From a bacterium (GTDB lineage: Bacteria; UBA8248), in assembly GCA_965221165.1 (NCBI GenBank), contig CBDCRP010000003.1, positions 544,001 to 608,000 on the forward strand: a DNA stretch of 64,000 nucleotides, given 5' to 3'. Below are positions 45,057 to 54,877 of this stretch, piece after piece (position 1 is the stretch's first letter; each line of letters starts with the position of its first letter). The position numbers and the translations under genes were made by a program. Under the pieces are notes generated by a model, which was not told where the DNA came from, did no database searches, and saw only the letters and a program-made list of their open reading frames with translations.

Positions 45057-47525
45057 ATGTTTCGAAATCTCTTGCCCATATTGATGAAGCTCGGCCTCAT
45101 TTCGGACGAGATGGTCGTTCCGCGGGACCTGAAGGGCTTCTCACGGGTTGTCGTTTCGATTATTTCCGTCGCGTTTTCCTACTTCTTCGTTCATATCTCC
45201 TACTTCGGTCCCCCGCGTTCGGAAATCTTCAAGGGCGTCTACATTCTGGCGACCGCCACCCTGTGCATCCTCGTTTATAAAAGCAGGCAAAGGCCCGTCC
45301 GCGAAGGCTTCGCCTATCTCGATGAAATCTTCTCGTTCCTGGCGCTCGTCACCATGTGCGCCTCACTGGCCCTGTGGGCCTACTGGGGCGCTTTCTACCG
45401 CGACGGGCTGTGGAGCGAATTCCTGGGCGTCGAAACCTACCTGATCCCCCTGTTCGGCGGGTTCCTCGGCGCGTTCCTCTACCGGCATGAAGCCACCAGG
45501 GAGCGCATTTCGGAGCTTCCCGCGCTTTCGGACTGGCTGTTCATCGTATCTGCCGTCGCCCCCATCATCTGGTGGAACATCTACAACATCGAACTCACCA
45601 CGCGCATCGGCGGCCCCGTGCCCACCTCGGTGGTGATATACACGCTGCTGCTCACGGCGGTGAGTTTCGACATCGCAAGGCGCGTCATCGGCCCCGTCAT
45701 CCCGCTTATCGGCTTCTTCTTCCTGATCTACAGCTTCAAGCCCATCGCGCAGATGTCGCCGGGACTCCTGTTTCACGACGGCTTCGGGCTCGACCGCGTG
45801 ACCGAGTTCCTGATGCTTGAGGCCGACGGCATCACCGGCCTCATCGTGGAGGTGTTCGCCACCTACATCGTCATCTTCGTCGTTCTGGGCGCATTCCTGG
45901 AAAAAACGGGTCTGGGCGAATTCCTCATCGACGCCACCTACCGGGTGACGGGCCAGAAAACGGGCGGCCCCGGCCTCACGGCCGTCATGTCGAGCGGGCT
46001 GTTCGGCATGATCTCGGGCAGCGGAGTGGCCAACGTGGTGACGACGGGAACCTTCACCATCCCCCTCATGAAGCGGGTGGGCTATCGCTCGGAGTTCGCC
46101 GGAGCGGTCGAGGCGGCCGCCTCCACGGGAGGGGCCTACATGCCGCCCATCATGGCGGGCGGGGCCTTTCTCGTCGCGCAACTCACCGAAACCTCTTATT
46201 TCGAGATCGTCAAGATAGCGACGCTCCCGGCCATTCTCTACTATCTCTCGGTGGGCTACATGGTCTACATCCGCGCCGTGCGGCGGGGACTCCACGGCGT
46301 CGACCCCTCGGAGTTGCCCCCCTGGAGCAGAATCATCCCGCGTCTCCACTTCCTGCTGCCCATCCCCGTGATGGTGTACTACCTCGTCATCGGCGATTCC
46401 GCGTTCCTGGCGGCCTTCAAGACCATCTGCCTCATCGTGATGCTGAAAATCTGCGAACTGCTCTCGGACCTCAAGACACCGACGGCGGAAAAAACGGGCC
46501 GTCCGTTCCTGTTGATTTCCATCGCCTTCGGCGTCTTCTCCTATTTCTTCGGCCTTACAGTCGGCGCTCCTTTCGCCTGGTTCGCGGACACGCTGCGCGG
46601 CATGAACTGGGGAGACGCCCTGTTCTGGACGGTAGCGGCGTTCATCGTCTTGAAGCTCGGCGAAATCCTCATGGCCGCGACGCAGGGCGAATCCGCGGAT
46701 CCCGAGTATGAAACGGGCCCAATCCTCTTCACTCGGCTCGGCCAACTCGCCATTCAAATCATCAAGGTCACCTGGATTTCCCTGGAAGCGGGCGCGAGGA
46801 ACACACTCGTCATCGGCTGCATCGCGTGCGTGCTGGGCATCCTGCTCTCCTGCGCGACGCAAAGCGACCTGTCGGGCCGCATCTCCATATTGTTGACGGA
46901 ATTCAGCTTCGGCCTCCTGCCGCTCACCATCATCTGGGTGATCGTGGCGGGCTACATCGTCGGCATGGGCCTGCCCATCACGGCGAGCTACGTGGTGCTG
47001 GTCATCTTCGGCGTCATCGCGCTCACCAACCTGGGCGTGCCGACCGTTCACGCGCACCTCATCTGCTTCTGGGTGGCCGTCGTAAGCGCCGTGACCCCCC
47101 CGGTCGCCCTGGCCGCCTACGCGGCGAGCGCCATCGCCGTGTCGGACCCGGTGAAAACGGGTTTCCAGGCGCTGAAACTCGCCTCGTGGCTCTTCATCAT
47201 GCCGTTTCTGTTCGTCTACACCCCGCTTCTCTTGAGCGGCACGACGACGGAGGTGGCCATCACCTTCGGGGCGTGCGTCATCGGCATCGTCGGCTGGGCC
47301 GGATGGATGGAAAACTTCATGACGCGGGACGCGAACGGCCTGGAGCGCGCGTTGATGTTCATCGGCTCGGTATGCCTGCTTCTGCCCGTGGGAAATTTCG
47401 TGGTATTCATTACCCCGCTGGAAGGAGATTTGAGGTATCTCGCCTACGCCGCAGGCGTCATCGCCCTCGTGGCGGTGTTCGTCTTGCAACGCACGCGCGG
47501 CGGCGAAGATCCAGTGCCCGCCTGA
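45057..47525 (+). CDS. TRAP transporter fused 4TM/12TM permease
   Basis: GMISGSGVANVVTTGTFTIPLMK, EAAASTGG.YMPPIMAGGAF, GMGLP, TPPVALAA. Confidence 0.92.
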   Translation: MFRNLLPILMKLGLISDEMVVPRDLKGFSRVVVSIISVAFSYFFVHISYFGPPRSEIFKGVYILATATLCILVYKSRQRPVREGFAYLDEIFSFLALVTMCASLALWAYWGAFYRDGLWSEFLGVETYLIPLFGGFLGAFLYRHEATRERISELPALSDWLFIVSAVAPIIWWNIYNIELTTRIGGPVPTSVVIYTLLLTAVSFDIARRVIGPVIPLIGFFFLIYSFKPIAQMSPGLLFHDGFGLDRVTEFLMLEADGITGLIVEVFATYIVIFVVLGAFLEKTGLGEFLIDATYRVTGQKTGGPGLTAVMSSGLFGMISGSGVANVVTTGTFTIPLMKRVGYRSEFAGAVEAAASTGGAYMPPIMAGGAFLVAQLTETSYFEIVKIATLPAILYYLSVGYMVYIRAVRRGLHGVDPSELPPWSRIIPRLHFLLPIPVMVYYLVIGDSAFLAAFKTICLIVMLKICELLSDLKTPTAEKTGRPFLLISIAFGVFSYFFGLTVGAPFAWFADTLRGMNWGDALFWTVAAFIVLKLGEILMAATQGESADPEYETGPILFTRLGQLAIQIIKVTWISLEAGARNTLVIGCIACVLGILLSCATQSDLSGRISILLTEFSFGLLPLTIIWVIVAGYIVGMGLPITASYVVLVIFGVIALTNLGVPTVHAHLICFWVAVVSAVTPPVALAAYAASAIAVSDPVKTGFQALKLASWLFIMPFLFVYTPLLLSGTTTEVAITFGACVIGIVGWAGWMENFMTRDANGLERALMFIGSVCLLLPVGNFVVFITPLEGDLRYLAYAAGVIALVAVFVLQRTRGGEDPVPA

Positions 47526-47553
47526 TTCATATTCATCCCGAGAAGGAGGCACC

Positions 47554-48345
47554 ATGAGCGCTACTCCTCCTGCCTTGAAACGCATCCAGCACGTGGGCCT
47601 CAAGGTCCACGACCTGGACGAGACGGTGGCCTTCTACCGCGACGTCATGGGTCTCAGGGTTTCGGATCGCTACGAACCGGGCGACAACCCCCACAGTCCC
47701 TGGGGGATATGCTTCATGCGCTGCGGCGAGGGCCACCACGAGGTCTCCCTCATCGCCTACCCCAAAGAAGCGGGCCTCACGCCCAAGGAAGGCGACATGA
47801 GAGCGCCCGAGGTCGGCCTCCACCACGTGGCCTTCGAGGTGGACTCCCGCGAGGAACTCGAAGCCTGGGCCGCGCACGTCCGCTCGAAGGGAATCAAGAT
47901 TGCGGCGGGGCCGATCGTCCACAGCCCCACGCATCCGGAGGGCGACGGCACCCTGGGCGAGAACCGCGCCTTTTATTTTCACGACCCGTGCGGAAACGGG
48001 GTCGAGATTTTCTGCGACATGGCCAGGATGGACCCAGACTCCAACCGGGTGAACGAGGCCTGGTACCGCGACAGGCTCGAGCGCGACGGTTTCTCGCGCG
48101 ACGGTTCGGACCCGCCCCCCGCGTGGCGGCCCGGCGTTTCGAGCATGGCGGGCGCGAAAGAGAAATTTAAGAGCCCTTCCGCATGTCGCACCCATGATGC
48201 AGGAGGGAAGCATCAAAATGACACACCGCGTCTTGAGCGTCAGGACGATGATTGTTACCGCCTCCGTGCTGGTGCTGACAGTTCTCTCCTCTTCTGGAGC
48301 GTTAGACAATTACGCCAAAGACCGAGTCAAGGGAACGACAGATGA
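47554..48345 (+). CDS. VOC (glyoxalase/extradiol dioxygenase) family protein; C-terminal tail probably read-through
   Basis: IQHVGLKV, FYRDVMGL, HHEVSL, GLHHVAFEV, FYFHDPCGNGVEIF; the last ~50 codons run into the next gene. Confidence 0.85.
   Translation: MSATPPALKRIQHVGLKVHDLDETVAFYRDVMGLRVSDRYEPGDNPHSPWGICFMRCGEGHHEVSLIAYPKEAGLTPKEGDMRAPEVGLHHVAFEVDSREELEAWAAHVRSKGIKIAAGPIVHSPTHPEGDGTLGENRAFYFHDPCGNGVEIFCDMARMDPDSNRVNEAWYRDRLERDGFSRDGSDPPPAWRPGVSSMAGAKEKFKSPSACRTHDAGGKHQNDTPRLERQDDDCYRLRAGADSSLLFWSVRQLRQRPSQGNDR
48212..48240. repeat. 29-bp direct repeat, copy 1 (gene start)
   Basis: ATCAAAATGACACACCGCGTCTTGAGCGT, identical to 49564-49592. Confidence 0.95.
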
Positions 48346-49501
48346 ATCCATTAAGATCTTTGCCCTATCGAAAAGTATCAATGCCGGGATTTCCGTATTG
48401 CAAAGCTCCCAAGTCAAGATACCTTTTTTTGCGTCAATCCAAGTTGGCGAGGCGCTTGACCCGATAAATGATGCCGTCGAGCGACTCTCATCCGCGATGG
48501 TTTGGGCAACGGGAGCACTGTTTCTCCAGCAAATTGTTCTCGAAGTTGCTTCGAGTTCCGTTTTCAAATGGGGGTTTTTTGTGATCGGCCTTGTGGCGAT
48601 ATCAGCCCTGTTGCTCGCTGCTCGGGAACGCTTCCGCAATCGGTTTTGCGAAGTATTCAAAGTTTCCGAAGCCACTTTAGTTCACTATCGCGACTCGCTC
48701 GTTCGGATATTTATTGTCACCTCCATCTTTCGTTTCATTGTTCCAGCGTTCGTCATCATCAGTCTTCTGCTCAGCCAGATGTTTTTGTTGGACACGGAGA
48801 TCGACAAACTCCAGAAGAATTTATCCGAGGACAAGAAGAATTTGCCGTTGATTACAGAACAAGTCTCGCGCAATGCCAATATAGATTCTGTCGATACTCA
48901 GCACCTTGAGAAAGAAAGACCGCGTTTGGAGTCCTCGTTGGCTAGGCTCAAAAAATCTCTATCATCATACCAGCAAGAAGCTGAAAAACTGGACAAGAGA
49001 ATCGACCAATTCAATGAGAAAGTCGGTTGGGGCCAGTGGGTTCTGGAGCGTGTTCCGGAATTTCTCGGCGGCGCGACTCCCGAAAAAGAACTAGTATCAG
49101 CAAAAGAAAAACGCGAGAAAATCGACCAGAAGATGGAGGGAATTCAGGAGCGAATCCATGCCATGAAGGATGAACTCGAATGCATCAACAAACGCCTCGC
49201 CGGGGAGAGCTGCGATTCTTTGCTAAGCAAATTATCTACTATACCTAGCACTATTTTATCTGATGCAATCAAACCATTTTTCACGGGTATTACGGAATTC
49301 CCCGACAAGGCCAACGAGATGGTTAAAAACATAACAAAACTCTTGGCTGCCATTATTATAAAAAACATTCTGCTCCCGCTCGTTTTCTTGATAATCGCCA
49401 TAAAGTGCAGTCTGCCCATTGCCAGATACTCGGTACGGCTTGCCTCCGGTTTGAGACGGGACTCGAAGGAATTACAGGGTTATCTCGAACGAGGGGACTG
49501 A
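48218..49501 (+). CDS. Hypothetical membrane protein with long coiled coil; AT-richer, starts with the same 8 residues as the next gene
   Basis: TM segments, GEALDPINDAVERLS motif, coiled-coil region; begins MTHRVLSV. Confidence 0.75.
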   Translation: MTHRVLSVRTMIVTASVLVLTVLSSSGALDNYAKDRVKGTTDESIKIFALSKSINAGISVLQSSQVKIPFFASIQVGEALDPINDAVERLSSAMVWATGALFLQQIVLEVASSSVFKWGFFVIGLVAISALLLAARERFRNRFCEVFKVSEATLVHYRDSLVRIFIVTSIFRFIVPAFVIISLLLSQMFLLDTEIDKLQKNLSEDKKNLPLITEQVSRNANIDSVDTQHLEKERPRLESSLARLKKSLSSYQQEAEKLDKRIDQFNEKVGWGQWVLERVPEFLGGATPEKELVSAKEKREKIDQKMEGIQERIHAMKDELECINKRLAGESCDSLLSKLSTIPSTILSDAIKPFFTGITEFPDKANEMVKNITKLLAAIIIKNILLPLVFLIIAIKCSLPIARYSVRLASGLRRDSKELQGYLERGD

Positions 49502-49563
49502 GAAGGTTCGCAACGTAATTTTGGAAGCATATCGTGCGGTAGCATCATCTTATGGAGGAAAGT

Positions 49564-49592
49564 ATCAAAATGACACACCGCGTCTTGAGCGT
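49564..49592. repeat. 29-bp direct repeat, copy 2 (dehydrogenase start)
   Basis: Identical to 48212-48240; offset 1352 bp. Confidence 0.95.
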
Positions 49593-50526
49593 GGATGAGC
49601 GAACCCTTACGCAACCCGTGCGCAGGGCCTTCATGGAGGAATACCTGCATGAGGGGTATGAGTTCGTAGAGCCGGAATCCTTCGATGAGGCTACCCTGCG
49701 TGAAGCGGCCGCGAGCGCCTGCGCGCTGTTCACCGGCTTTGCGCCCATCACGAGAGAGCTGATGGAGGCGGGGCCGGACATCAAGGTGGTCGGCAAGGTG
49801 GGCACGGGCGTCGACAACATCGACGTGGCCGTTGCCACCGAGCTCGGCATCCCCGTCGCCAACGCGCCCGGCTGGATGCGCTGCGCCCCCGTGGCGGAAC
49901 ACGCCATGGCGCTCACCCTCATCATGGCGCGAAGGCCCTGGCTCTGGCCGACCGGAGAGCGCAGGCTCCACGTTCAGCTTCAAGGAGCGACGCTGGGGGT
50001 CGTGGGTCTCGGCAACATCGGGCAAGCGCTCGCCGGGCGCGCCGCAGGCTTCGAGATGAAAATATGCGCCTACACGCGCACGCGGGGAAAATTCAAGCCG
50101 GTGGGCTTCGAGGTGGAAGAGGTGGAGACGCTGGGTGATCTCTTGCCGCGCGCCGACTTCGTGGCGCTCACCCTGCCCTTGACGCCCGAGAACACGGGCA
50201 TGATCGGCGAGCGAGAACTCGAACTCATGAAGGAAACGGCGTTTCTCATCAACGTATCGCGCGGCCCCCACGTGGAAACCGACGCGCTCACCGAAGCCAT
50301 CCGCCGAGGGGAAATCGCGGGCGCCGGCCTCGACGTTACCGAGCCGGACCCTCTGCCGGAGGGACATCCACTCCACGGTTTTCCCAACGTCGTGATATCC
50401 CCGCACAACGCCGCCCAGACCGAGAGCGTCCAGCGTGAGAGCTACCGGCTTTTGTGCGATAATATCAAACGGGCGGTGGAGGGCGAGAAAGTCACCTCGC
50501 TCGCCAATCCCGAACTGTATGCGTGA
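49570..50526 (+). CDS. D-isomer-specific 2-hydroxyacid dehydrogenase
   Basis: GTGVDNID, GVVGLGNIG, LINVSRG, AGLDVTEPDP, ISPHNA. Confidence 0.92.
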   Translation: MTHRVLSVDERTLTQPVRRAFMEEYLHEGYEFVEPESFDEATLREAAASACALFTGFAPITRELMEAGPDIKVVGKVGTGVDNIDVAVATELGIPVANAPGWMRCAPVAEHAMALTLIMARRPWLWPTGERRLHVQLQGATLGVVGLGNIGQALAGRAAGFEMKICAYTRTRGKFKPVGFEVEEVETLGDLLPRADFVALTLPLTPENTGMIGERELELMKETAFLINVSRGPHVETDALTEAIRRGEIAGAGLDVTEPDPLPEGHPLHGFPNVVISPHNAAQTESVQRESYRLLCDNIKRAVEGEKVTSLANPELYA

Positions 50527-50549
50527 AACGCGCCGCAAAGGAGACCATC

Positions 50550-51686
50550 ATGGAAGATACACCCATTAGAGGCCTCGAGGGCGTCATCGCCACCGACACG
50601 CGGATATGCGATCTCGACGGCGTGAACGGCGTTTTGGCGTATTGCGGATACGACGTGCCGGAAATGGTGCGCAAGAAAGTCACCTTCGAGGAAATCATAT
50701 ACCTCTTGTGGCACGGCGAACTGCCCACCCGCGAACGCCTGAAGGCCTTCGACGAGGCGCTCAAGGCCGAGCGTGCGCTCTCGCCCGATATGCTGCGCGC
50801 CTTGAAGCAGATACCCCCCGGCGAGCAGAGGACGGCGGCGCTCAGAGGCGGCGTCGGTATCCTGGGGCTTTTCGACCCCGAGGCGGAGGATACCTCTACG
50901 GAGGCGAACCGCAGAAAGGCGCTCCGGCTCACCGCGAAAATTCCCACCATCATCGCGGCGCAGCACCGCCTCGCGGCGGGCCTGAAACCGCTCAATCCCA
51001 GAAGAGGACTCGGGCATTCGGCGAATTTCCTCTACATGACCACGGGCGAGGCGCCCGATAAAATCGACGCCCGGGCGCTCGACGCGACTCTCGTCCTCTA
51101 CGCCGAACACGAGATCAACGCCTCCACTTTCGCGACGCGCGTCGTCACCTCCACGATGTCGGATATCTATTCCGCCGTCACGGCGGGCATCGGCGCCCTC
51201 AAGGGTCCGCTGCACGGGGGCGCGGGCCTCGCGGTGATGGAAACTTTAAGGGAAATCGGCGATATCGAGAACGTGGAGCCATTCGTCGAGGCGGCCCTCG
51301 CCAGGAAAAGACTGTTCATGGGCTTCGGCCACCGGGTGTACACCAGGAGCGGAGACCCGCGCGCGGGCGTGCTCATCGAGTTGGCCGAGGAGGTATGCCA
51401 CCGCCCCGGGCGGGAGGGCAAGTGGTTCGACATGGCGCGCGCGCTCGACCACGCGGTCCAAAGCAGAAAGGGCGTCATCCCGAACGTGGATTTCTACTCC
51501 GCTCCCCTCTGGCAGGGTCTGGGGATTCCCATGGAGTTGTTCGTTCCCATCATCGCCATGTCGAGAGTAGCCGGCTGGACGGCCAACATCCTGGAACAAC
51601 AGGCCGACAACCGTCTCATCAGACCCCGGGCGCGCTACGTCGGCCCCGCCAAGCGGCCCTACAAAACCCTCAGAAGCCGTGGCTGA
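50550..51686 (+). CDS. Citrate / 2-methylcitrate synthase family protein
   Basis: GLEGV, EHEINAST, GPLHGGA, GFGHRVY, DPR, PNVDFY, RLIRP. Confidence 0.92.
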   Translation: MEDTPIRGLEGVIATDTRICDLDGVNGVLAYCGYDVPEMVRKKVTFEEIIYLLWHGELPTRERLKAFDEALKAERALSPDMLRALKQIPPGEQRTAALRGGVGILGLFDPEAEDTSTEANRRKALRLTAKIPTIIAAQHRLAAGLKPLNPRRGLGHSANFLYMTTGEAPDKIDARALDATLVLYAEHEINASTFATRVVTSTMSDIYSAVTAGIGALKGPLHGGAGLAVMETLREIGDIENVEPFVEAALARKRLFMGFGHRVYTRSGDPRAGVLIELAEEVCHRPGREGKWFDMARALDHAVQSRKGVIPNVDFYSAPLWQGLGIPMELFVPIIAMSRVAGWTANILEQQADNRLIRPRARYVGPAKRPYKTLRSRG

Positions 51687-53652
51687 TCCGGGTTCGGGCA
51701 GCCTCACCCAAAAGCTCCTGGACGCGCACTTCGTCTCGGGCGCCACGAGAACGCCGGGCGAGGAGGTCGAGATAAGAATCGACCAGGTGCTCTTACAGGA
51801 CGCCTCGGGTCCCACGGCCCTGCTTCATTTCGAGGCCATGGGTTTCGAGCGGGTGAAACAGAAGATAGCCGTCATGTACGCAGACCACCAGACCATCCAG
51901 GTCAACAGCCTGCACACGGACGCCCACCGCTTCATGCTCGGCTTCAGCCGAAAGCACGGCATCCATTTCTCGAAACCCGGAAACGGCATCTGCCACAACG
52001 TCCATCTGGAGGAATTCTCGGTTCCCGGCGAAAGCCTCCTGGGAACCGATTCGCACACGCCGCAGGGGGGCGCCGTGGGAATGCTCGCTATCGGCGCGGG
52101 CGGCATGGACGTGGCGACCGCCATGGCGACGGGAGCGACCATCATCCCCCGCCCCCTCATCGTCGAGGTCGCGCTGTCCGGAAAACTTAAAAACTGGGCC
52201 ACGGCGAAAGACGTCATTCTGGAGCTTTTGCGCCGTTTGGGCGCGCGCGGAGGAACCGGCAAATTCTTTGAATACACGGGCCCCGGCGTCCGCACCCTCT
52301 CGGTGCCCGAGCGCTTCACCATCGCGAGCATGGGCACCGAACTGGGCTTAACGGGAAGCATCTTCCCCAGCGATGCGCAGACCAGGGAGTTCTACGAGCG
52401 CATCAGCCGCCCCGGCGACTGGTCGCCGCAGGAGGCGGACCCGGGCGCGGCTTATGATGAAGAAATCGAACTGGATTTAGGCGAGGTCGAGCCGCTCATC
52501 GCCCTGCCCTCGCACCCTGAGAACGTGGTGCCGGTCTCGGAAACTCTCGGCACGCCGATCCACCAGGTCATCATCGGAAGCTGCACGAACGGCTCGTTCA
52601 CCGACATCGCATCTTTCGCGCAGGTGCTCAGGGGCCGCAAGGTGGCCGACGGCGTCGACGCCATCGTCTTTCCGGGCAGCAGGCAGGCGTTCGAGGAACT
52701 CGCGAGAGCGGGCCATCTGGCCGATCTCCTCTCCGCGGGCGTCTGCGTCTCGGAAGCCACGTGCGGCTCTTGCCCCGGCTACGCCCACATCCCCGCGCCG
52801 GGCATGAACTCCCTGCGCGCGTTCAACCGCAACTTCAAGGGCCGCTCGGGGCTGAACGAGGATTCGGTATATCTCGCGAGTCCCGAACTGGCCGCCGTAG
52901 CCGCTCTGCATGGGGAGATAAAAGACCCGAGAAACGAGGGAAAACCGCCCGAAATCCTGCTGCCCTACCGCTTCATGTGCGACAGGACGGGAATCGTCGC
53001 GCCGGCGGAGGAGCCGGCGGAGGTGGAAATCATCCGGGGGCCGAACATCCAACCCGTTCCGGTGGGAGAGGCTCCGGGCGATTCCTGCACCGGTGAGGTC
53101 CTCCTCAAGCTGGGCGACAACGTATCGACCGACCACATCAGTCCGGCGGGGGTCGAGGCCATCACCTACCGCACGAACATGACAGCACTGGCCGATTTCA
53201 CCTTCACGCGCGTGGACGCGACGTTCGCCTCCCGCGCGAGAGAAGCGGGCGGCGGAATCATCGTCGGGGCGAAAACCTACGGACAGGGTTCCGCCCGTGA
53301 GCAGGCGGCCATCTGCCCGATGATACTGGGAGTCCGCGCGGTCATCGCCAAGAGCTTTGCGAGAATCCACCGGGCGAACCTCATCAACTGGGGCATCCTG
53401 CCCCTCACGTTCGTCAATGAGGACGACTATGAAGAGATAGCCCAGGGGCAGAGCCTCTCCATCTCCAACATTCAGGATTCCCTCATCACGGGTCTTTTCC
53501 AAGTCGAAAATCAGGCGACGGGCCACGCTTTCGGCGCGGCGTGCGCGCTGACCGAGCGCGAGAGACGCATGCTCGCTGCGGGCGGTGCGCTCGCCCTCGC
53601 CCGCATCGAAGGGAGTGGCTCCCCACCGGCCCAAACGCAGGACGGCTCCTGA
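51679..53652 (+). CDS. Aconitate hydratase family protein (short, ~650 aa type)
   Basis: QDASG, DH, GNGICH, GTDSHT, IGSCTN, CGSCPG, FNRNFKGRSG, TDHISPAG, YGQGSAREQA. Confidence 0.92.
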   Translation: MADPGSGSLTQKLLDAHFVSGATRTPGEEVEIRIDQVLLQDASGPTALLHFEAMGFERVKQKIAVMYADHQTIQVNSLHTDAHRFMLGFSRKHGIHFSKPGNGICHNVHLEEFSVPGESLLGTDSHTPQGGAVGMLAIGAGGMDVATAMATGATIIPRPLIVEVALSGKLKNWATAKDVILELLRRLGARGGTGKFFEYTGPGVRTLSVPERFTIASMGTELGLTGSIFPSDAQTREFYERISRPGDWSPQEADPGAAYDEEIELDLGEVEPLIALPSHPENVVPVSETLGTPIHQVIIGSCTNGSFTDIASFAQVLRGRKVADGVDAIVFPGSRQAFEELARAGHLADLLSAGVCVSEATCGSCPGYAHIPAPGMNSLRAFNRNFKGRSGLNEDSVYLASPELAAVAALHGEIKDPRNEGKPPEILLPYRFMCDRTGIVAPAEEPAEVEIIRGPNIQPVPVGEAPGDSCTGEVLLKLGDNVSTDHISPAGVEAITYRTNMTALADFTFTRVDATFASRAREAGGGIIVGAKTYGQGSAREQAAICPMILGVRAVIAKSFARIHRANLINWGILPLTFVNEDDYEEIAQGQSLSISNIQDSLITGLFQVENQATGHAFGAACALTERERRMLAAGGALALARIEGSGSPPAQTQDGS

Positions 53653-53653
53653 C

Positions 53654-54802
53654 ATGAGACAGATGAAATATCCGGCGGTCTTCATGCGCGGGGGCACGAG
53701 CCGCGCCATCGTCTTTCACGAAAAAGACCTTCCAAAAGATCAAGCCGAGCGAGACGCCATATTCCTGAAAGCCTTAGGCAGTCCCGACACGAACGGACGC
53801 CAGCTCGACGGCCTGGGGGGCGGAATCTCGTCACTCAGCAAAATCGCGGTCGTAGCCCCCTCTGCGCGTGCGGACGCGGACGTGGATTTCACCTTCGCGC
53901 AGGTGAGCGTTACCGAAGAAATCGTGGACTACGTCGGCACCTGCGGGAACATATCGAGCGCCGTGGGGCCCTTCGCCGTGGACGAGGGGCTGGTGCGTGT
54001 GGATGAGGGCGGGACTGCCGTCGTCCGCGTCTACAACACGAACACGGGAAAGACTTACCACGCCCGTTTTCCGGTGGAAGACGGCGCGGCCGGCGTGAAC
54101 GGATCGTTCGAGCTGCCCGGCGTTTCGGGGACCGGAGCGAGAATCACCCTCGAATTCATGGACCCGGGAGGGGCCGCCACCGGAAAGCTCCTGCCTTCGG
54201 GGAACGCGGTCGACCTCTTCGAGATCGAGGGGGTGGGGAAAATCGAGGTGAGCATGGTGGACGCGACCAACCCGATGGTATTCCTCCGCGCGAAGGACGT
54301 AGGGCTATCCGGCGGAGAGGGCCCGGGCCTCATCGACAGCCGGGTCGAGGTGATGGTGAATTTAGAGCAGATTCGCGCCGAGGCCGCGGTGCGCATGGGG
54401 CTTGCGCGCGACAGGAGAGAGGCTTCCGAGAGCATACAGGCGGTGCCGAAGGTGGTCCTCGTAGCGCCTCCCGTGGAATACATGAACCTGAAGGGCGAGG
54501 TCGTCCCGGCGGACGCCTGCGACATCGTGGGCCGCATCATCTCGATGGGCAAGACCCACCGCGCCTTCGCGCTCACGGGCGCGATGTGCCTCGCCGTGGC
54601 CGCGCGGGTCCCCGGCACCGTGGTGCACGAGGCCGCCCGAAGCGGGGACGGCGACATACGCCTCGGACACCCCTCGGGCGTGCAGACGGTGAACGCCGAA
54701 GTCACGAACACGCCCCAGGGAGTCAAGGCCGAAAAGGTGATCGTCTACCGCACGGCGAGAAGGCTCATGGAAGGCATGGTCTGCGTGCCCGCGACCCGTT
54801 GA
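53654..54802 (+). CDS. prpF: PrpF family aconitate/methylaconitate isomerase
   Basis: FMRGGTSR, GSPD, DGLGGG.SSLSK, CGNISSAVG, SMGKTHRA, HPSG, RTARRLMEG. Confidence 0.88.
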   Translation: MRQMKYPAVFMRGGTSRAIVFHEKDLPKDQAERDAIFLKALGSPDTNGRQLDGLGGGISSLSKIAVVAPSARADADVDFTFAQVSVTEEIVDYVGTCGNISSAVGPFAVDEGLVRVDEGGTAVVRVYNTNTGKTYHARFPVEDGAAGVNGSFELPGVSGTGARITLEFMDPGGAATGKLLPSGNAVDLFEIEGVGKIEVSMVDATNPMVFLRAKDVGLSGGEGPGLIDSRVEVMVNLEQIRAEAAVRMGLARDRREASESIQAVPKVVLVAPPVEYMNLKGEVVPADACDIVGRIISMGKTHRAFALTGAMCLAVAARVPGTVVHEAARSGDGDIRLGHPSGVQTVNAEVTNTPQGVKAEKVIVYRTARRLMEGMVCVPATR

Positions 54803-54877
54803 AAGTTGATTTTTTTTGATACATTACACATTCAAAAAAGTGGACCATTTCATCGTCTCATTCGGGGAGAGAACAAG

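Noticed and set aside
45363-47603. 746-aa - strand ORF (also 2943-4568, 25603-27084, 37700-39001 and similar)
   Set aside because: Antisense shadows of well-supported genes, with no recognisable motifs
48190-48345. Genuine long overlap between VOC and the membrane-protein gene
   Set aside because: The tail is low-complexity read-through; without the insertion the frame would stop just after the repeat (GGA TGA in the dehydrogenase 5' end)
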